This document shows positions 16,781 to 26,573 of a stretch of DNA of 64,000 nt, in pieces (positions within the stretch are counted from its first letter, which is position 1; every line of letters starts with the position of its first letter). Origin of the DNA: a virus (Duplodnaviria > Caudoviricetes). Where the stretch lies: IMG/VR virus record IMGVR_UViG_3300037484_000776, positions 1 through 64,000 of that record; one strand, 5' to 3'. Position numbers and translations under genes: made by a program. Under the pieces are notes generated by a model. The model was given only the letters and a program-made list of their open reading frames with translations, did not search any database and was not told the DNA's origin.

Positions 16781-18556
16781 ATGTTAAGTGATTCACAATT
16801 CTTTTTAGACAGGGTTCGTAACGGACTGGTTGGCGGAGCTAACCTTGCCAATCTGTCTAAATGGATAGAGCTAAATACAAGGAACCCTGTCAATCCGTCA
16901 AAACACTGGTCCTTTGTTGAGCATGAGTTTCAGAAAGACATTGTTAACGATACAGCTTCTGATCAGGTCACGCAAAAGTGTGCCCAGATTGGAGTGTCTG
17001 AGATCTATGTAAGATTGCTATTAGGAATGGTTTCTATTTTGCCTGCGGCCACTGCCATCTATACTTTGCCTACTTCCATGATGGCCAGTAAATTCGCTAA
17101 GCAAAGACTTGATACAGTTATAGAGTCTTCCCCTGTGTTACATGATAGGGTTGATTCCAATACCAACAATGCTAGTCAGAAAAGGATAGGCAATAGTTTT
17201 ATTTATATTACAGGGGCTTGGACAAAATCTTCAGCCATTTCAGTACCTGCCAGAATTATTATCAACGACGAAATAGATTTTAGTTCCCCTGAGATTTTGT
17301 CCTCGTTCGACAGTCGTCTTGGGCACCAGAAAGAAGAGGATATTGTAAGGCGTAGATTTAGTACTCCTACAGTGCCTGGTTATGGGGTAGCCTCTCTTTA
17401 TCAGCGGTCTGACCAGAAGATTAGGGCAGTTAAATGCGATAGTTGTGGTACTTGGGAGACCCCAAATTTTCTCGATCATGTTGTAGTTCCCGGCCTTGAC
17501 AGAGAGCTTATAAGTTTTTGTAGGGAAGACTTGGACGATGAGAGGGTGAAGATAGCCGATGCTTTCTTAAAGTGTCCTAATTGTGGGCAGCCTTTCTCCC
17601 AAAGTAATCTAGCTGACCCAAGTAAAAGAGAGTGGGTAGCAAAATTCCCAGGGGTCCTTAGGTCAGGGTTTCTTTGCCAGAGTTTCGACCTGCCGACTAT
17701 CAACACGATGGCCCGAGTGTTGAGGTCTGTTGAGAACTACTCCAGAGTGGCAGACTGGTGGAACTTCAGGATTGGTCTGGCCTTTGAAGATTCTGAGACT
17801 TCGTTTACTGAGGAGGCTGTGGACCAAGCCTTTTGTTTGCCAACTAAGGCACCAGCCCCTAACTCTGCAAGTGGTACAGTGATAGGGGTGGACGTTGGCA
17901 AGACTTCGTGGATAACTATAGCTAAGCCGTTGGCTGTAACATCTAGCTACGTTAATATGGATGTTCTTCATGCTGAGAGGGTCCAAGTAACTGAGGCTAA
18001 GGACCTTACTGACAGGGTTAAGCAGTTGGTAGAATGGTACGGAGCTTTGTTGGTTGTTGTGGATGCTGGTCCAGACTGGAGTCTAGCCCTATCTATAAAA
18101 GAGTCTTTGCCAGCACAGAAGGGGTATGCTTGTTACTATGTAAGGAAGACTAAGACCCCTTTGTCAAACGTAGACGTTAACGCTGACGATCAGTTAGTTA
18201 ACGTAGCCCGCACTGACCTTATCAGCATGGTTGCTAAGAGTGTTAACGTAGGTAAAATCAAATATCCTAAGAACTGTCTGGAAAAGCTAACCATTAAATC
18301 CCATTTAAGGGCGATGAAGAAGGTTACGCTACCTGATTCTAAAGAAGGGGAGCACAAGGAACAGTGGATCTCTACAGGTCCAGACCATTTTGCACACTCC
18401 TTGTTTTATTCCGCAGTTGCTGCCATAATATCTAGGAAGTCTTTTGGAGTGCAGGCTATACCTGGTATTCCTATGGCGTACAGGGCACCATCAAAAGTTT
18501 TTGAAGATTGCGATTTTTATACAGGAAGAACAGGGCAGGTAGCACGTTATGGCTAA
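16781..18556 (+). CDS. terL: Terminase large subunit, lambda GpA-like
   Basis: Walker A-like QKCAQIGVSE, Walker B IIINDEID, STPT coupling motif, CxxC...CPNCG zinc ribbon, nuclease GVDVG and distal PDHFAHS. Confidence 0.93.
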   Translation: MLSDSQFFLDRVRNGLVGGANLANLSKWIELNTRNPVNPSKHWSFVEHEFQKDIVNDTASDQVTQKCAQIGVSEIYVRLLLGMVSILPAATAIYTLPTSMMASKFAKQRLDTVIESSPVLHDRVDSNTNNASQKRIGNSFIYITGAWTKSSAISVPARIIINDEIDFSSPEILSSFDSRLGHQKEEDIVRRRFSTPTVPGYGVASLYQRSDQKIRAVKCDSCGTWETPNFLDHVVVPGLDRELISFCREDLDDERVKIADAFLKCPNCGQPFSQSNLADPSKREWVAKFPGVLRSGFLCQSFDLPTINTMARVLRSVENYSRVADWWNFRIGLAFEDSETSFTEEAVDQAFCLPTKAPAPNSASGTVIGVDVGKTSWITIAKPLAVTSSYVNMDVLHAERVQVTEAKDLTDRVKQLVEWYGALLVVVDAGPDWSLALSIKESLPAQKGYACYYVRKTKTPLSNVDVNADDQLVNVARTDLISMVAKSVNVGKIKYPKNCLEKLTIKSHLRAMKKVTLPDSKEGEHKEQWISTGPDHFAHSLFYSAVAAIISRKSFGVQAIPGIPMAYRAPSKVFEDCDFYTGRTGQVARYG

Positions 18557-20000
18557 TCCAAATATTTCTAACCCGGTAGTGTTACCGAGGGCGGTGGCTC
18601 AGAAGTCTTACTCTGTATCGCCTTCGTCCAGATATACGCCTGGATCTCAGATCCCTAGGGATGACAGGTTATCTCTCGTCGATGGCAACACAGTAAGAAA
18701 CCTTCGGCAGACTAACCGCATCATAGAGGCGATGCGCCTGATGGCTCGTATAGACGGCACCCTTTCGGCTGCTGTCTACGATATGGTGCAGGTGGCTAAC
18801 TCGGGAGTGCGGGTAAAGGCATTCAACAGCGCTGACAACACGTTCTCTCCTGATGGGACGCGGGTTGCCTCAAGTATTCTGGCCTCGATGGACACCTTGT
18901 ATGACTATTCTGTAGGATATGCAGACAAGAGACCTCTCGACTTGGTTATCGAGTCCGCTCTTCGTGAGGTCATTTTGACGGGAGGCATTGCCGGTGAACT
19001 GGTGATGTCAAAGCTCCGGTTGCCAGAAAGGATAAACCTTGTGCCCATAGAAGAAATAAGGTATAAGGTACGTTTGGATGGCTCTAAGTTTCCGGTTCAG
19101 ACCGGGGTTGGTGGCAAGGACATTGAGCTTAATATCCCCAATTTTTGGGTCATGGAGTCTCACCTTGAGGCTAATTCAGCTTACCCTAAGTCTATGTTGG
19201 AGGCCGCGCTGAGCGTCAACTTCCATTATCTTGAGTTCGTCCAAGATATGCGCAGGACCCTTAGGAAGGCTGGTCACAGTAGGCCGGTCGTTATCCTAGA
19301 CCTTGAGATGGTCAATGCCTCTGCTACTGAAGAAGTAAGGAAGGACCCTGCCAAGCTCAGAGCCTACCAGGAAGAGGTCAGGGACGGGGTGGCTAGCGTA
19401 TATAGTAGTCTTGAACCTGAAGATGCTCTTATCATTTATAACGTAGCGTCTGAGGTTAAGGAGCTTGACTCTAAGGGTGAGAAGTCAGACTATACTGAAC
19501 TGCTTTACGCCTTGGCTGGTATGTTGGCAACTTCCCTTAAGACCCACCCCAGTATTCTTGGCTTGAGATTACAAGGCAGTCAAAGCCTGTCTAATACTGA
19601 ATCCTTAATTTATTTAAAGGTTGCAGAGTCTATTCAGAACCCGGTACAATGGCTTCTTAGTAGGGCGATGACTTTAGCTACACGTCTTTATGGTGTAGAC
19701 GTATATGTGCAGGTTGAGTTTAATCCTATTAGTTTAAGGCCAAAGGAAGAGCTAGAGGCGTTTGCTACCATGAAGGAGCAGCGTATACTTAACAGACTTT
19801 CTCTTGGCCTCTTAAGTGACGAAGAGGCTGCTTATGAGTTAGGACTTCCTGGGTTGCCTGCTGGATTTAAACCGTTGTCTGGAACTATGTTCCTAAGCCC
19901 TACTCAAAATAAGGCAAGCGATGTGACCCCTAACGCAGATCCCATGGGACGAGCACTTCAAAGCGATCAGCCCAAGAAAGCCGGTGGCAAGAGCCAGTAA
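18549..20000 (+). CDS. Portal protein
   Basis: 483 aa, between TerL and the prohead protease; size and synteny. Confidence 0.85.
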   Translation: MANPNISNPVVLPRAVAQKSYSVSPSSRYTPGSQIPRDDRLSLVDGNTVRNLRQTNRIIEAMRLMARIDGTLSAAVYDMVQVANSGVRVKAFNSADNTFSPDGTRVASSILASMDTLYDYSVGYADKRPLDLVIESALREVILTGGIAGELVMSKLRLPERINLVPIEEIRYKVRLDGSKFPVQTGVGGKDIELNIPNFWVMESHLEANSAYPKSMLEAALSVNFHYLEFVQDMRRTLRKAGHSRPVVILDLEMVNASATEEVRKDPAKLRAYQEEVRDGVASVYSSLEPEDALIIYNVASEVKELDSKGEKSDYTELLYALAGMLATSLKTHPSILGLRLQGSQSLSNTESLIYLKVAESIQNPVQWLLSRAMTLATRLYGVDVYVQVEFNPISLRPKEELEAFATMKEQRILNRLSLGLLSDEEAAYELGLPGLPAGFKPLSGTMFLSPTQNKASDVTPNADPMGRALQSDQPKKAGGKSQ

Positions 20001-20009
20001 GGAATTATT

Positions 20010-21533
20010 ATGAAATTTCAAACAGTTAGTGATATGCTTACAAACGTCAGCAACTCTAGGGAGGGTGCAGTTGACCTTTGGTTGGGTAGGGACGATACTT
20101 CTTACAGTAGGTACATACAAATTGAAGAGGGCGCCCTCCTTTCTCCTGATCTGGAGGATGAAGGGGTTAAGGCTAGGATTGACGCCCTTGACGAGGATGA
20201 TGGGTTCCACGGCTACGGAGACATGATCTCCCTTATTGAAGATAAGGGCATTGCAGTGGTTCATGTTGAAGGGACGATGGGCGAGAAGGAGTCCATGTGG
20301 ACCAGGGTTTTCGGAATACCTACCTACCAAGGGATCTCCAACGCTCTTGTTGCTGCCGCCCTTCACGACGATGTTAAGGGAATCTTGATTGATTGGGATT
20401 CTCCGGGCGGCCCCTCTAAGGGGGTGTCTGGTCCGACCAACACTATCAAGCAGTTGTCTGCAAGTGGCATCCCTATCCACTCCCACACTTCTGGTGTTAT
20501 GATGAGCGGAGCGATGTGGATTGCCTCCGCCTCGGAAAGAATATCTGCTTCTACTGATGGGGAAGTAGGGTCTATAGGTGTTTTAGCAATCCATAAGGAC
20601 ATAACTAAGGCTTTGGAAGAGTCTGGAGTTAAGGTAACTATACTTAGGGCTGGTAAATATAAGGCCCTGGTAAACCCTTACGAAAAACTTTCAGATACTG
20701 CTAAGCAACTTATTGACAAAAAACTTTCTATTACTTACAATAATTTTATCGGAGAAGTAGCCAGCAACCGTAAGCTGGACGAGGAGTTCGTTAGGAGTAA
20801 TGCGGCGGAGGGAAAAGAATTTACAGCAGACGAAGGAAAAGCTGTTAAACTTATAGATAATGTGTTATCTTTTGATGAGGCCGTAAATGCTCTATCTAAG
20901 CGTATTGAGCGCAAAAATAAGGCAGATGGCGCGCCTTCTAACTTTAGTGGAGGATTTATGGCTAAGAAACTTGGAACCGAGGCGGTTGCTTCTATCATTG
21001 AAGCATCTGGCCTGACGATCGAAGCGGCTGCGGCGGCCATGTCTGCTCGTGGCATGGTTGATGAACCGGAACAGGAAGTGGCCGGAGTTGTCGAAGAGAA
21101 GGAGGAAGAAGTTAAGGAAGAGGCTGTCGAGGTGGTTTCGTCTAAGCAGGAGAAGGCTGAATCTCCTGAGACTACCATTCTGGCCGGCATGATTAAGGAT
21201 CTTCAAGGACAGGTCACTTCTATCTCTGTTGAGCTTTCTGAGACGAAGAAGGGAAAGGAGGAGTTGGAGGTAGCTGCTACCGGCTACAGGAATCTTGTTG
21301 TTGAAGGGATTGGTAGGTTGCGTGTTGGCCTTGGTCGGCCTGGTAGCGTTGAGGATTTGGACCAAGCCTCTCATTTGACTGTCATCGCTGCACATTCCCA
21401 GTTGGTGGGTGAAGTGATGAGGGTTTTTCCAAGCTCCCAGGTGTCGGCCCCAAGGATCGAGGAAGGCACGAAGGTGGAAACTAACTATCTGAAGGAAACC
21501 TTGGATAAGGTAACGTCCTTCTCTCGCAGGTAA
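20010..21533 (+). CDS. S49 (SppA/ClpP-like) prohead protease with C-terminal scaffold
   Basis: WDSPGG, MMSGAMWIAS, VGSIGV and RAGKYKA S49 motifs; acidic coiled-coil C-half. Confidence 0.92.
   Translation: MKFQTVSDMLTNVSNSREGAVDLWLGRDDTSYSRYIQIEEGALLSPDLEDEGVKARIDALDEDDGFHGYGDMISLIEDKGIAVVHVEGTMGEKESMWTRVFGIPTYQGISNALVAAALHDDVKGILIDWDSPGGPSKGVSGPTNTIKQLSASGIPIHSHTSGVMMSGAMWIASASERISASTDGEVGSIGVLAIHKDITKALEESGVKVTILRAGKYKALVNPYEKLSDTAKQLIDKKLSITYNNFIGEVASNRKLDEEFVRSNAAEGKEFTADEGKAVKLIDNVLSFDEAVNALSKRIERKNKADGAPSNFSGGFMAKKLGTEAVASIIEASGLTIEAAAAAMSARGMVDEPEQEVAGVVEEKEEEVKEEAVEVVSSKQEKAESPETTILAGMIKDLQGQVTSISVELSETKKGKEELEVAATGYRNLVVEGIGRLRVGLGRPGSVEDLDQASHLTVIAAHSQLVGEVMRVFPSSQVSAPRIEEGTKVETNYLKETLDKVTSFSRR
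20958..21533 (+). CDS. Nested in-frame scaffold protein (lambda Nu3-like)
   Basis: Internal in-frame ATG (MAKKLGTEAV) preceded by GGAGGA at the protease/scaffold boundary. Confidence 0.65.
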   Translation: MAKKLGTEAVASIIEASGLTIEAAAAAMSARGMVDEPEQEVAGVVEEKEEEVKEEAVEVVSSKQEKAESPETTILAGMIKDLQGQVTSISVELSETKKGKEELEVAATGYRNLVVEGIGRLRVGLGRPGSVEDLDQASHLTVIAAHSQLVGEVMRVFPSSQVSAPRIEEGTKVETNYLKETLDKVTSFSRR

Positions 21534-21559
21534 TTTTTTGGCCTAACAGGTAAACTACA

Positions 21560-22021
21560 ATGGCTACTTTCAATTTCACTCTTCCTGTCCAGTCTCCTGA
21601 GGAGATGGGCATTTTCTCTACGGCTCTTGGTGCTAGCGGCAATGCACCTCTTACCGCTGCCGATCTTGGCAAGGCCGTTAAGCTCAGTGCCGCCAACACT
21701 TATGGTGTTTGCGCTACGACCAACGAGCTTGAGGGTATCTTGGATTCTGTCAGTGCTGAGACCGTCAACTCTGGTTACGGTTTTGGCGGTGTTCAGCGTC
21801 GTGGTTATGCGCTGGCTTATGTCGGTGCCAATCAGGGTGGTACTGCGATGGCTGTCGGTGACTTGGTTACGGCTGACACCCAGGCTGCTGTTGGTACTGC
21901 CAACACTATCCAGGGCCCCGCCGTTAAGACTGGCACTCCGGCTAGCTTCAAGTGGCGCTGCATCCGCCATGTTACCGGCACTGGTGTTGCTGGCGACACG
22001 GTTCTTATCGAGCGGGTCTAA
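21560..22021 (+). CDS. Head decoration / cement protein
   Basis: 153 aa, Ala/Gly/Thr rich, between protease and MCP, high-expression codon bias. Confidence 0.75.
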   Translation: MATFNFTLPVQSPEEMGIFSTALGASGNAPLTAADLGKAVKLSAANTYGVCATTNELEGILDSVSAETVNSGYGFGGVQRRGYALAYVGANQGGTAMAVGDLVTADTQAAVGTANTIQGPAVKTGTPASFKWRCIRHVTGTGVAGDTVLIERV

Positions 22022-22063
22022 TCGGCCAGCTTAACTTATAACAAACTTTTAGGAGTTAATTCA

Positions 22064-23275
22064 ATGGCCGATCATGACGCCTCTGGTACTTTTAACTTTG
22101 TCGATGCCTCTGGGCAGCGACAGGACCTTACTATCCATGTGACCGATTATAAGGAGGCTGGTGAGCAAGGTCTTTCCTTGTCTCAGCACCTTCAGCGCAA
22201 GTATCCGTCTGATCCTCAGCACGGCTCTACATTCGCACAGTGTATGCAGAGCGCTGGTCTGTACGTTCGTGCTGACCGTTCTCTCGGTATTCAGCCCCCT
22301 ACGATGAAGCAAGTCCTTGATGGTAATGCTTTTATTTTGGGTGTTGACACTCTTCGCCGTAATGACGGTACTGACCGTAACACGGTTTCTGGGCGTATTC
22401 TGTATCCCCAGGTTATGCTTGAAATCATGGAAGCTCAGCTCCGTGAGAACCGCGAGGATTATCTTCAGCGTTATGAGCAGTTGATCGCTATCGATACGAC
22501 TGTTACCAGTCCACGTGTTGATCAGCCCCTGATTACCACCACGGCTCCTGAAGCCAGCGCGGCGATGAATATCGCTCAGCTTGCTGCGCCGCCGATCATG
22601 GTGTCGATCACGGTGTCTGAGCAGAGCTTCCGTATTCCCACCAAGTCTGTTGGTCTTATGATTTCTGACGAGGCTCTTCAGGCTACCACGCTTGATCTCG
22701 TTGGTTTGAGCATGACTAACCAGGCCCGCGGTGAGCGTATTCGGATGGTCGAGGGTCAGCTTGGTGCGATGATCAATGGTGATAGCGACTTCGGTGAGTC
22801 GGCTATTAGCTTTATCACCGCCCAGTCCCTTGATGCTACGATTGACGCTGATGGTGAGATCACTCAAAAAAGCTGGGTTCACTTCTTGCGTGACAACTAT
22901 CGGACTATCAATATCGACTGGTTGCTGATGAATATTGATACAGCCATTGCTCTTGAGAACCGTGCCGGTAAGCCTAACGTTACCACCGATAATCCGACCT
23001 CTCCTCGAATTGATACGCTGTTTACCATCGAGAACCTTGGTCTTCCTACTCCTAAGGTCCTGCTGATGGATACTGCGTTCATTGGTGCCAACACCGTTGT
23101 TGGTATTGACAGCCAGTACGCTATTCGCCGGGTGACCAACGTTTCGGCGGCCTACTCTGCTATTGAGCAGTGGGTGCTTCGCCGGGCGACCGCCTTCCGC
23201 ATCGACTATGGCATGTTGAGCAAGAAGCTCTATTCGTCGGCTTGGAAAGGGCTAACGTTAACTGTGGAGTCGTGA
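22064..23275 (+). CDS. Major capsid protein
   Basis: 403 aa, AGGAG RBS, strong T/C-ending codon bias, synteny, followed by a strong hairpin. Confidence 0.9.
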   Translation: MADHDASGTFNFVDASGQRQDLTIHVTDYKEAGEQGLSLSQHLQRKYPSDPQHGSTFAQCMQSAGLYVRADRSLGIQPPTMKQVLDGNAFILGVDTLRRNDGTDRNTVSGRILYPQVMLEIMEAQLRENREDYLQRYEQLIAIDTTVTSPRVDQPLITTTAPEASAAMNIAQLAAPPIMVSITVSEQSFRIPTKSVGLMISDEALQATTLDLVGLSMTNQARGERIRMVEGQLGAMINGDSDFGESAISFITAQSLDATIDADGEITQKSWVHFLRDNYRTINIDWLLMNIDTAIALENRAGKPNVTTDNPTSPRIDTLFTIENLGLPTPKVLLMDTAFIGANTVVGIDSQYAIRRVTNVSAAYSAIEQWVLRRATAFRIDYGMLSKKLYSSAWKGLTLTVES

Positions 23276-23284
23276 TAAACTTGG

Positions 23285-23314
23285 TAACCTGTCCGGCTAG
23301 CGCCGGACAGGTTA
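23285..23314 (+). terminator. Hairpin downstream of MCP
   Basis: TAACCTGTCCGGC-TAGC-GCCGGACAGGTTA perfect 13-bp stem. Confidence 0.75.
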
Positions 23315-23344
23315 TCAAATTAACCTATGTAATTGAGATAGTAA

Positions 23345-23907
23345 ATGTCAAGCAAAGAGAGTTTGTTAGGCTTTGAAGACGCCAAGGCGTTGTTCTTGTA
23401 TGAGGAGGAAACCGGGTTTCTGTACTATAAGTCTCGCCCTTTGAGTTGTTTTAAAACTGTCAGGGGCTATAAGATATGGCATGTTAAATGTTCTGGGAAA
23501 AGGCCGGCTCTTTAACGACACTTGGTTATTGTGAGATAGGTCTAGGTGGAGAACGATATTACGCCCACAGAATAATTTGGTTATTAAAAACTGGGTCCTG
23601 GCCTAAGGGACAAGTTGACCATTTGAATCATGATAAGTTCGATAACAGGTTTGAGAATTTGCGGGAAGTGCCCCATCAAAGTAACTGTAAAAACTTAGGT
23701 TTAAGGGTGGACAATATTTCAGGTATTACCGGGGTTACTTGGCATAAACAAGGTAAGAAGTGGATGGCTAATGTAGGCGTTGATGGCAAGACGGTTTATT
23801 TAGGTCTTTATACAGACATCACTGATGCAGCCGCCGCAGTCCAAAAGTTTTACGACGATAACAATTTTCACGAGAATCACGGCAAACAATTGAGAGCCGT
23901 TAGCTAA
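23345..23907 (+). pseudogene. HNH-AP2 homing endonuclease split by a 1-nt frameshift
   Basis: 23345-23515 encodes the typical N-part (LFLYEEETGFLYYKSRP...); the HNH core (HRIIW, VDHLNHDKFDNRFENLR) and AP2-like tail lie in the -1 frame (23488-23907); junction at GGGAAAAGG 23495-23503. Confidence 0.8.
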
Positions 23908-23923
23908 ATTAGGAGAATATACA

Positions 23924-24178
23924 GTGGCACTTCCAGGCGTTCAAAAGAGAGCTTATGTCCGCAGACAGCCCCTCATTACTGAGGAGATTGTTCTGTCTCC
24001 TGTTGTGATTGAAGAGGTTGTTAAGCCTGTAAGAAAGGAAGTAAACGTTCGTTCTAAGACCATCCAACGCTGGCACCCATTTCTTAAGGTCACTATCCCG
24101 TTGGATGGCTTTGTCTCTATCCCACGCGATAATTGGCTGGACGTTCAGCTTAAGGCCGGCATCGTAGAGTTGCTGTAA
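23924..24178 (+). CDS. Hypothetical virion-module protein
   Basis: 84 aa, AGGAG RBS, coupled to the next gene. Confidence 0.7.
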   Translation: MALPGVQKRAYVRRQPLITEEIVLSPVVIEEVVKPVRKEVNVRSKTIQRWHPFLKVTIPLDGFVSIPRDNWLDVQLKAGIVELL

Positions 24179-24666
24179 TGGTTACTATTCTCTACACAAA
24201 TTCTGATGCAGTCCGTGCCGCACTCGGCATAGAGACTGATGATCTTCAGAAGGAACTGCCTGACCACATGTTCGTTAATCAGAACATGGAGCGTCAACTT
24301 AGGGCGGCCCTTTACGCTTGGTTGCCTACTTATGCCAGTATCGTAGCCGCTGCCGATGCAGTCGATCCTGATGAGTCAGGCGACACCGATTTCGCTACCC
24401 TTTATCAAGGAGATTTGGTCAGGAATTATTGTCTTTTCTGGGCCGCTTGGCGTGCTGCCGAGATGGCTTATTTTGCGCGTCGTAAGGTAAGCGACGGTCG
24501 GTCAGAAGTTGAGAGGTTCTCTATTGATTGGGAAGCCCTTGCTGACCGCATGAAGTCTAGGGCAGAGGAGCAACAATCTCTTTTGCAAGCTACCTTTACT
24601 CCCTCTCTTCTAACTGTTTTTGCTAAGCGTTCGATCCCAGATTACGACCCGGTTGCGAATATTTAA
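24178..24666 (+). CDS. Head-tail adaptor (putative)
   Basis: 162 aa, helical, first neck gene by synteny. Confidence 0.65.
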   Translation: MVTILYTNSDAVRAALGIETDDLQKELPDHMFVNQNMERQLRAALYAWLPTYASIVAAADAVDPDESGDTDFATLYQGDLVRNYCLFWAAWRAAEMAYFARRKVSDGRSEVERFSIDWEALADRMKSRAEEQQSLLQATFTPSLLTVFAKRSIPDYDPVANI

Positions 24667-24667
24667 C

Positions 24668-25234
24668 ATGGACGTTTCAGAAGCTACTAAGTGGTTTGTC
24701 AGTACTCCTCTCAGCGGGTACAACGGCATAGCCTGGGTATCGAACATCTCTAAGGGAGATTTCAACGCCTCAGAATTGCCTACTGTAGAGAGGGAGTTCC
24801 TTGCACCAAAGTCTAAGGCTTTCAATGCTGTTACTTATCCTTTAGTTAAAACCCCAGACGGAACTATTTGGGTTGTAGATAACATCAAAAAGGACTATCT
24901 TGATACTGATATTAATGCTACTTATTTTCTGGTAGAGTCTACTGGTGTAGCGCAGATTTATTCTAAGGCCACTGTTACCCGCGCTTCTGGAGCTGCTGGC
25001 ACTGTTACAGAGACTCTTCAGAAGACCACTTGGTGTAGAGCAGAGAGGTATGGGTCGAAGGACTCAAGTGAGTTTACTGATGTTAAGAGAGGGTTGTTTG
25101 AGATTACTCTCCCTCACGGGACCACTGTAAATTCTGACTGGCTGATTAAGACCGGTGGTAGGTCTTATGAGATAGATGAAGTATATGAAGAGATGTTTTC
25201 AGTACATTTAAGGACGAGACGTTACGATGGCTAG
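24668..25234 (+). CDS. Head closure / neck protein (putative)
   Basis: Start reassigned to ATG 24668; beta-rich C-end (ITLPHGTTVNSDWLIKTGGRSYEIDEV) like head-closure proteins. Confidence 0.6.
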   Translation: MDVSEATKWFVSTPLSGYNGIAWVSNISKGDFNASELPTVEREFLAPKSKAFNAVTYPLVKTPDGTIWVVDNIKKDYLDTDINATYFLVESTGVAQIYSKATVTRASGAAGTVTETLQKTTWCRAERYGSKDSSEFTDVKRGLFEITLPHGTTVNSDWLIKTGGRSYEIDEVYEEMFSVHLRTRRYDG

Positions 25235-25718
25235 CTCCCTTTCTTTTGTTATGGCGGTCAAATCTACTATAGACAAGATCGCATCTGATGCTGCAACTGA
25301 ACTTGGTTGTGCAGTTATAGACTTAGACAACGCTGTTAATATTCAAGAGCTTGTTAATAGCCCTGATCCTGCTATAATAACTAGGTTCATGTCTCTTGAT
25401 GAAGATCCGATCGACCCTTTGTGGACTGTCCAGTTTTATATTGGAGCCAAGACAGCGCAAGATCCAGGTAACTATGCCCTTATCCAGATGATAGAGAGTT
25501 TTAGATCTCTCATCAGGAAGGGATCTTATATAGATTGTTACGATTACAGCGGAGTTACAGCATCTTCAAATAAGGTCGGGTTGGCAACTGTAGCGGACTG
25601 TACTGTAGAGCCTCACATGTTTGAGGGGATGGCTGGAGTTAGGCTTTATCAGGTTAGAGCTAGAATTATAAATACGACTATGGAAAGGGTTGGCACAAGT
25701 GTCTCTCAAGGTTCGTAG
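25227..25718 (+). CDS. Neck / tail terminator protein (putative)
   Basis: 163 aa; synteny only. Confidence 0.55.
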   Translation: MASSLSFVMAVKSTIDKIASDAATELGCAVIDLDNAVNIQELVNSPDPAIITRFMSLDEDPIDPLWTVQFYIGAKTAQDPGNYALIQMIESFRSLIRKGSYIDCYDYSGVTASSNKVGLATVADCTVEPHMFEGMAGVRLYQVRARIINTTMERVGTSVSQGS

Positions 25719-26511
25719 TGTAAGGGGTAGGACTGGTAAGGGATTCGAGGTCTTGCAGTGGTTAAAGGCACCTGATAAAACTAAGCTGGATTTAGCCGCT
25801 GCTGAAAAAACAAATAAAGCAGTATCTGATCTTTTAAGGAAGTCTTATAGACATACAATATCTGAAGTTGCTAAGGCAATGTCTGATAGTATGCCAGCAG
25901 CAGTGATAGAGACAAAGGACGAATATGTGGAAAGGGTCGGTAGTGGAATAACTGAGTTTGCAGCGTCTTCAGGATCTAAAAGGATACAGTATAGCCATTT
26001 ACCGGACGAACAGGGGAATATGTCTGCTGGTAGATTGGCCACAGATAATTGGAGGAAGCTGTCTTATCTTTATGGGAAAGGGGGACCTAAACATTGGACA
26101 AAAAAGAATACGGGAACCCCGTTTTGGAAAAACCAAGGAGGAATGTCAGCAGGGTTTAGAGCCTTAGTGTCTGCTAATCCAGGAGTAAGGAAAGGTAAAA
26201 CTGAAATAGTTAAGACACGAGAAAGTGGAAAGTTTATACTTACTACACATTGGACTTTTGAGCCAGTCGGTGATAAGGTAGCGGATAATCTAATCCGGCT
26301 TCCTTTCGTAGCTGGTAGTGAGGATGCGGCGCCACGGTCGGCAACCGGCCTCGGAGTTTCGGTAGGACAGGGACTGTGGAAACTAGGGATTAACGAGGTT
26401 GGTAGAGTCAGTGGCCAGTATCCTTATGAAGGTAGGCCATGGGTAGCTAGGATGGCAGCCACTCTTGGTAGGGACTTACGTTCGCGGGTATGGAAACTCG
26501 GCAAGAAGTAA
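25690..26511 (+). CDS. Tail completion / neck protein (putative)
   Basis: 273 aa, basic; synteny before the major tail gene. Confidence 0.55.
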   Translation: MAQVSLKVRSVRGRTGKGFEVLQWLKAPDKTKLDLAAAEKTNKAVSDLLRKSYRHTISEVAKAMSDSMPAAVIETKDEYVERVGSGITEFAASSGSKRIQYSHLPDEQGNMSAGRLATDNWRKLSYLYGKGGPKHWTKKNTGTPFWKNQGGMSAGFRALVSANPGVRKGKTEIVKTRESGKFILTTHWTFEPVGDKVADNLIRLPFVAGSEDAAPRSATGLGVSVGQGLWKLGINEVGRVSGQYPYEGRPWVARMAATLGRDLRSRVWKLGKK

Positions 26512-26573
26512 CTTATCACACCCACGCTAAACAAAGTGTGGATTATTTAATAGACTCTAAGGAGTAAATTCCC

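Noticed and set aside
16582-16791. Small ORF before TerL as terminase small subunit
   Set aside because: Only 46-69 aa, no HTH or oligomerisation helices, weak RBS; left unannotated
19893-22882. Long minus-strand ORFs (197, 167, 161 and 273 aa) over the head genes
   Set aside because: Antisense shadows caused by strong codon bias of highly expressed + strand genes
23315-23352. Antisense TTGACA promoter pointing into MCP
   Set aside because: -10 element is poor (TAGGTT at 18 bp) and a strong hairpin lies immediately downstream
23495-23503. Programmed -1 frameshift in the HNH gene
   Set aside because: GGGAAAA is not in the X XXY YYZ register of the upstream frame and no stimulatory structure is evident
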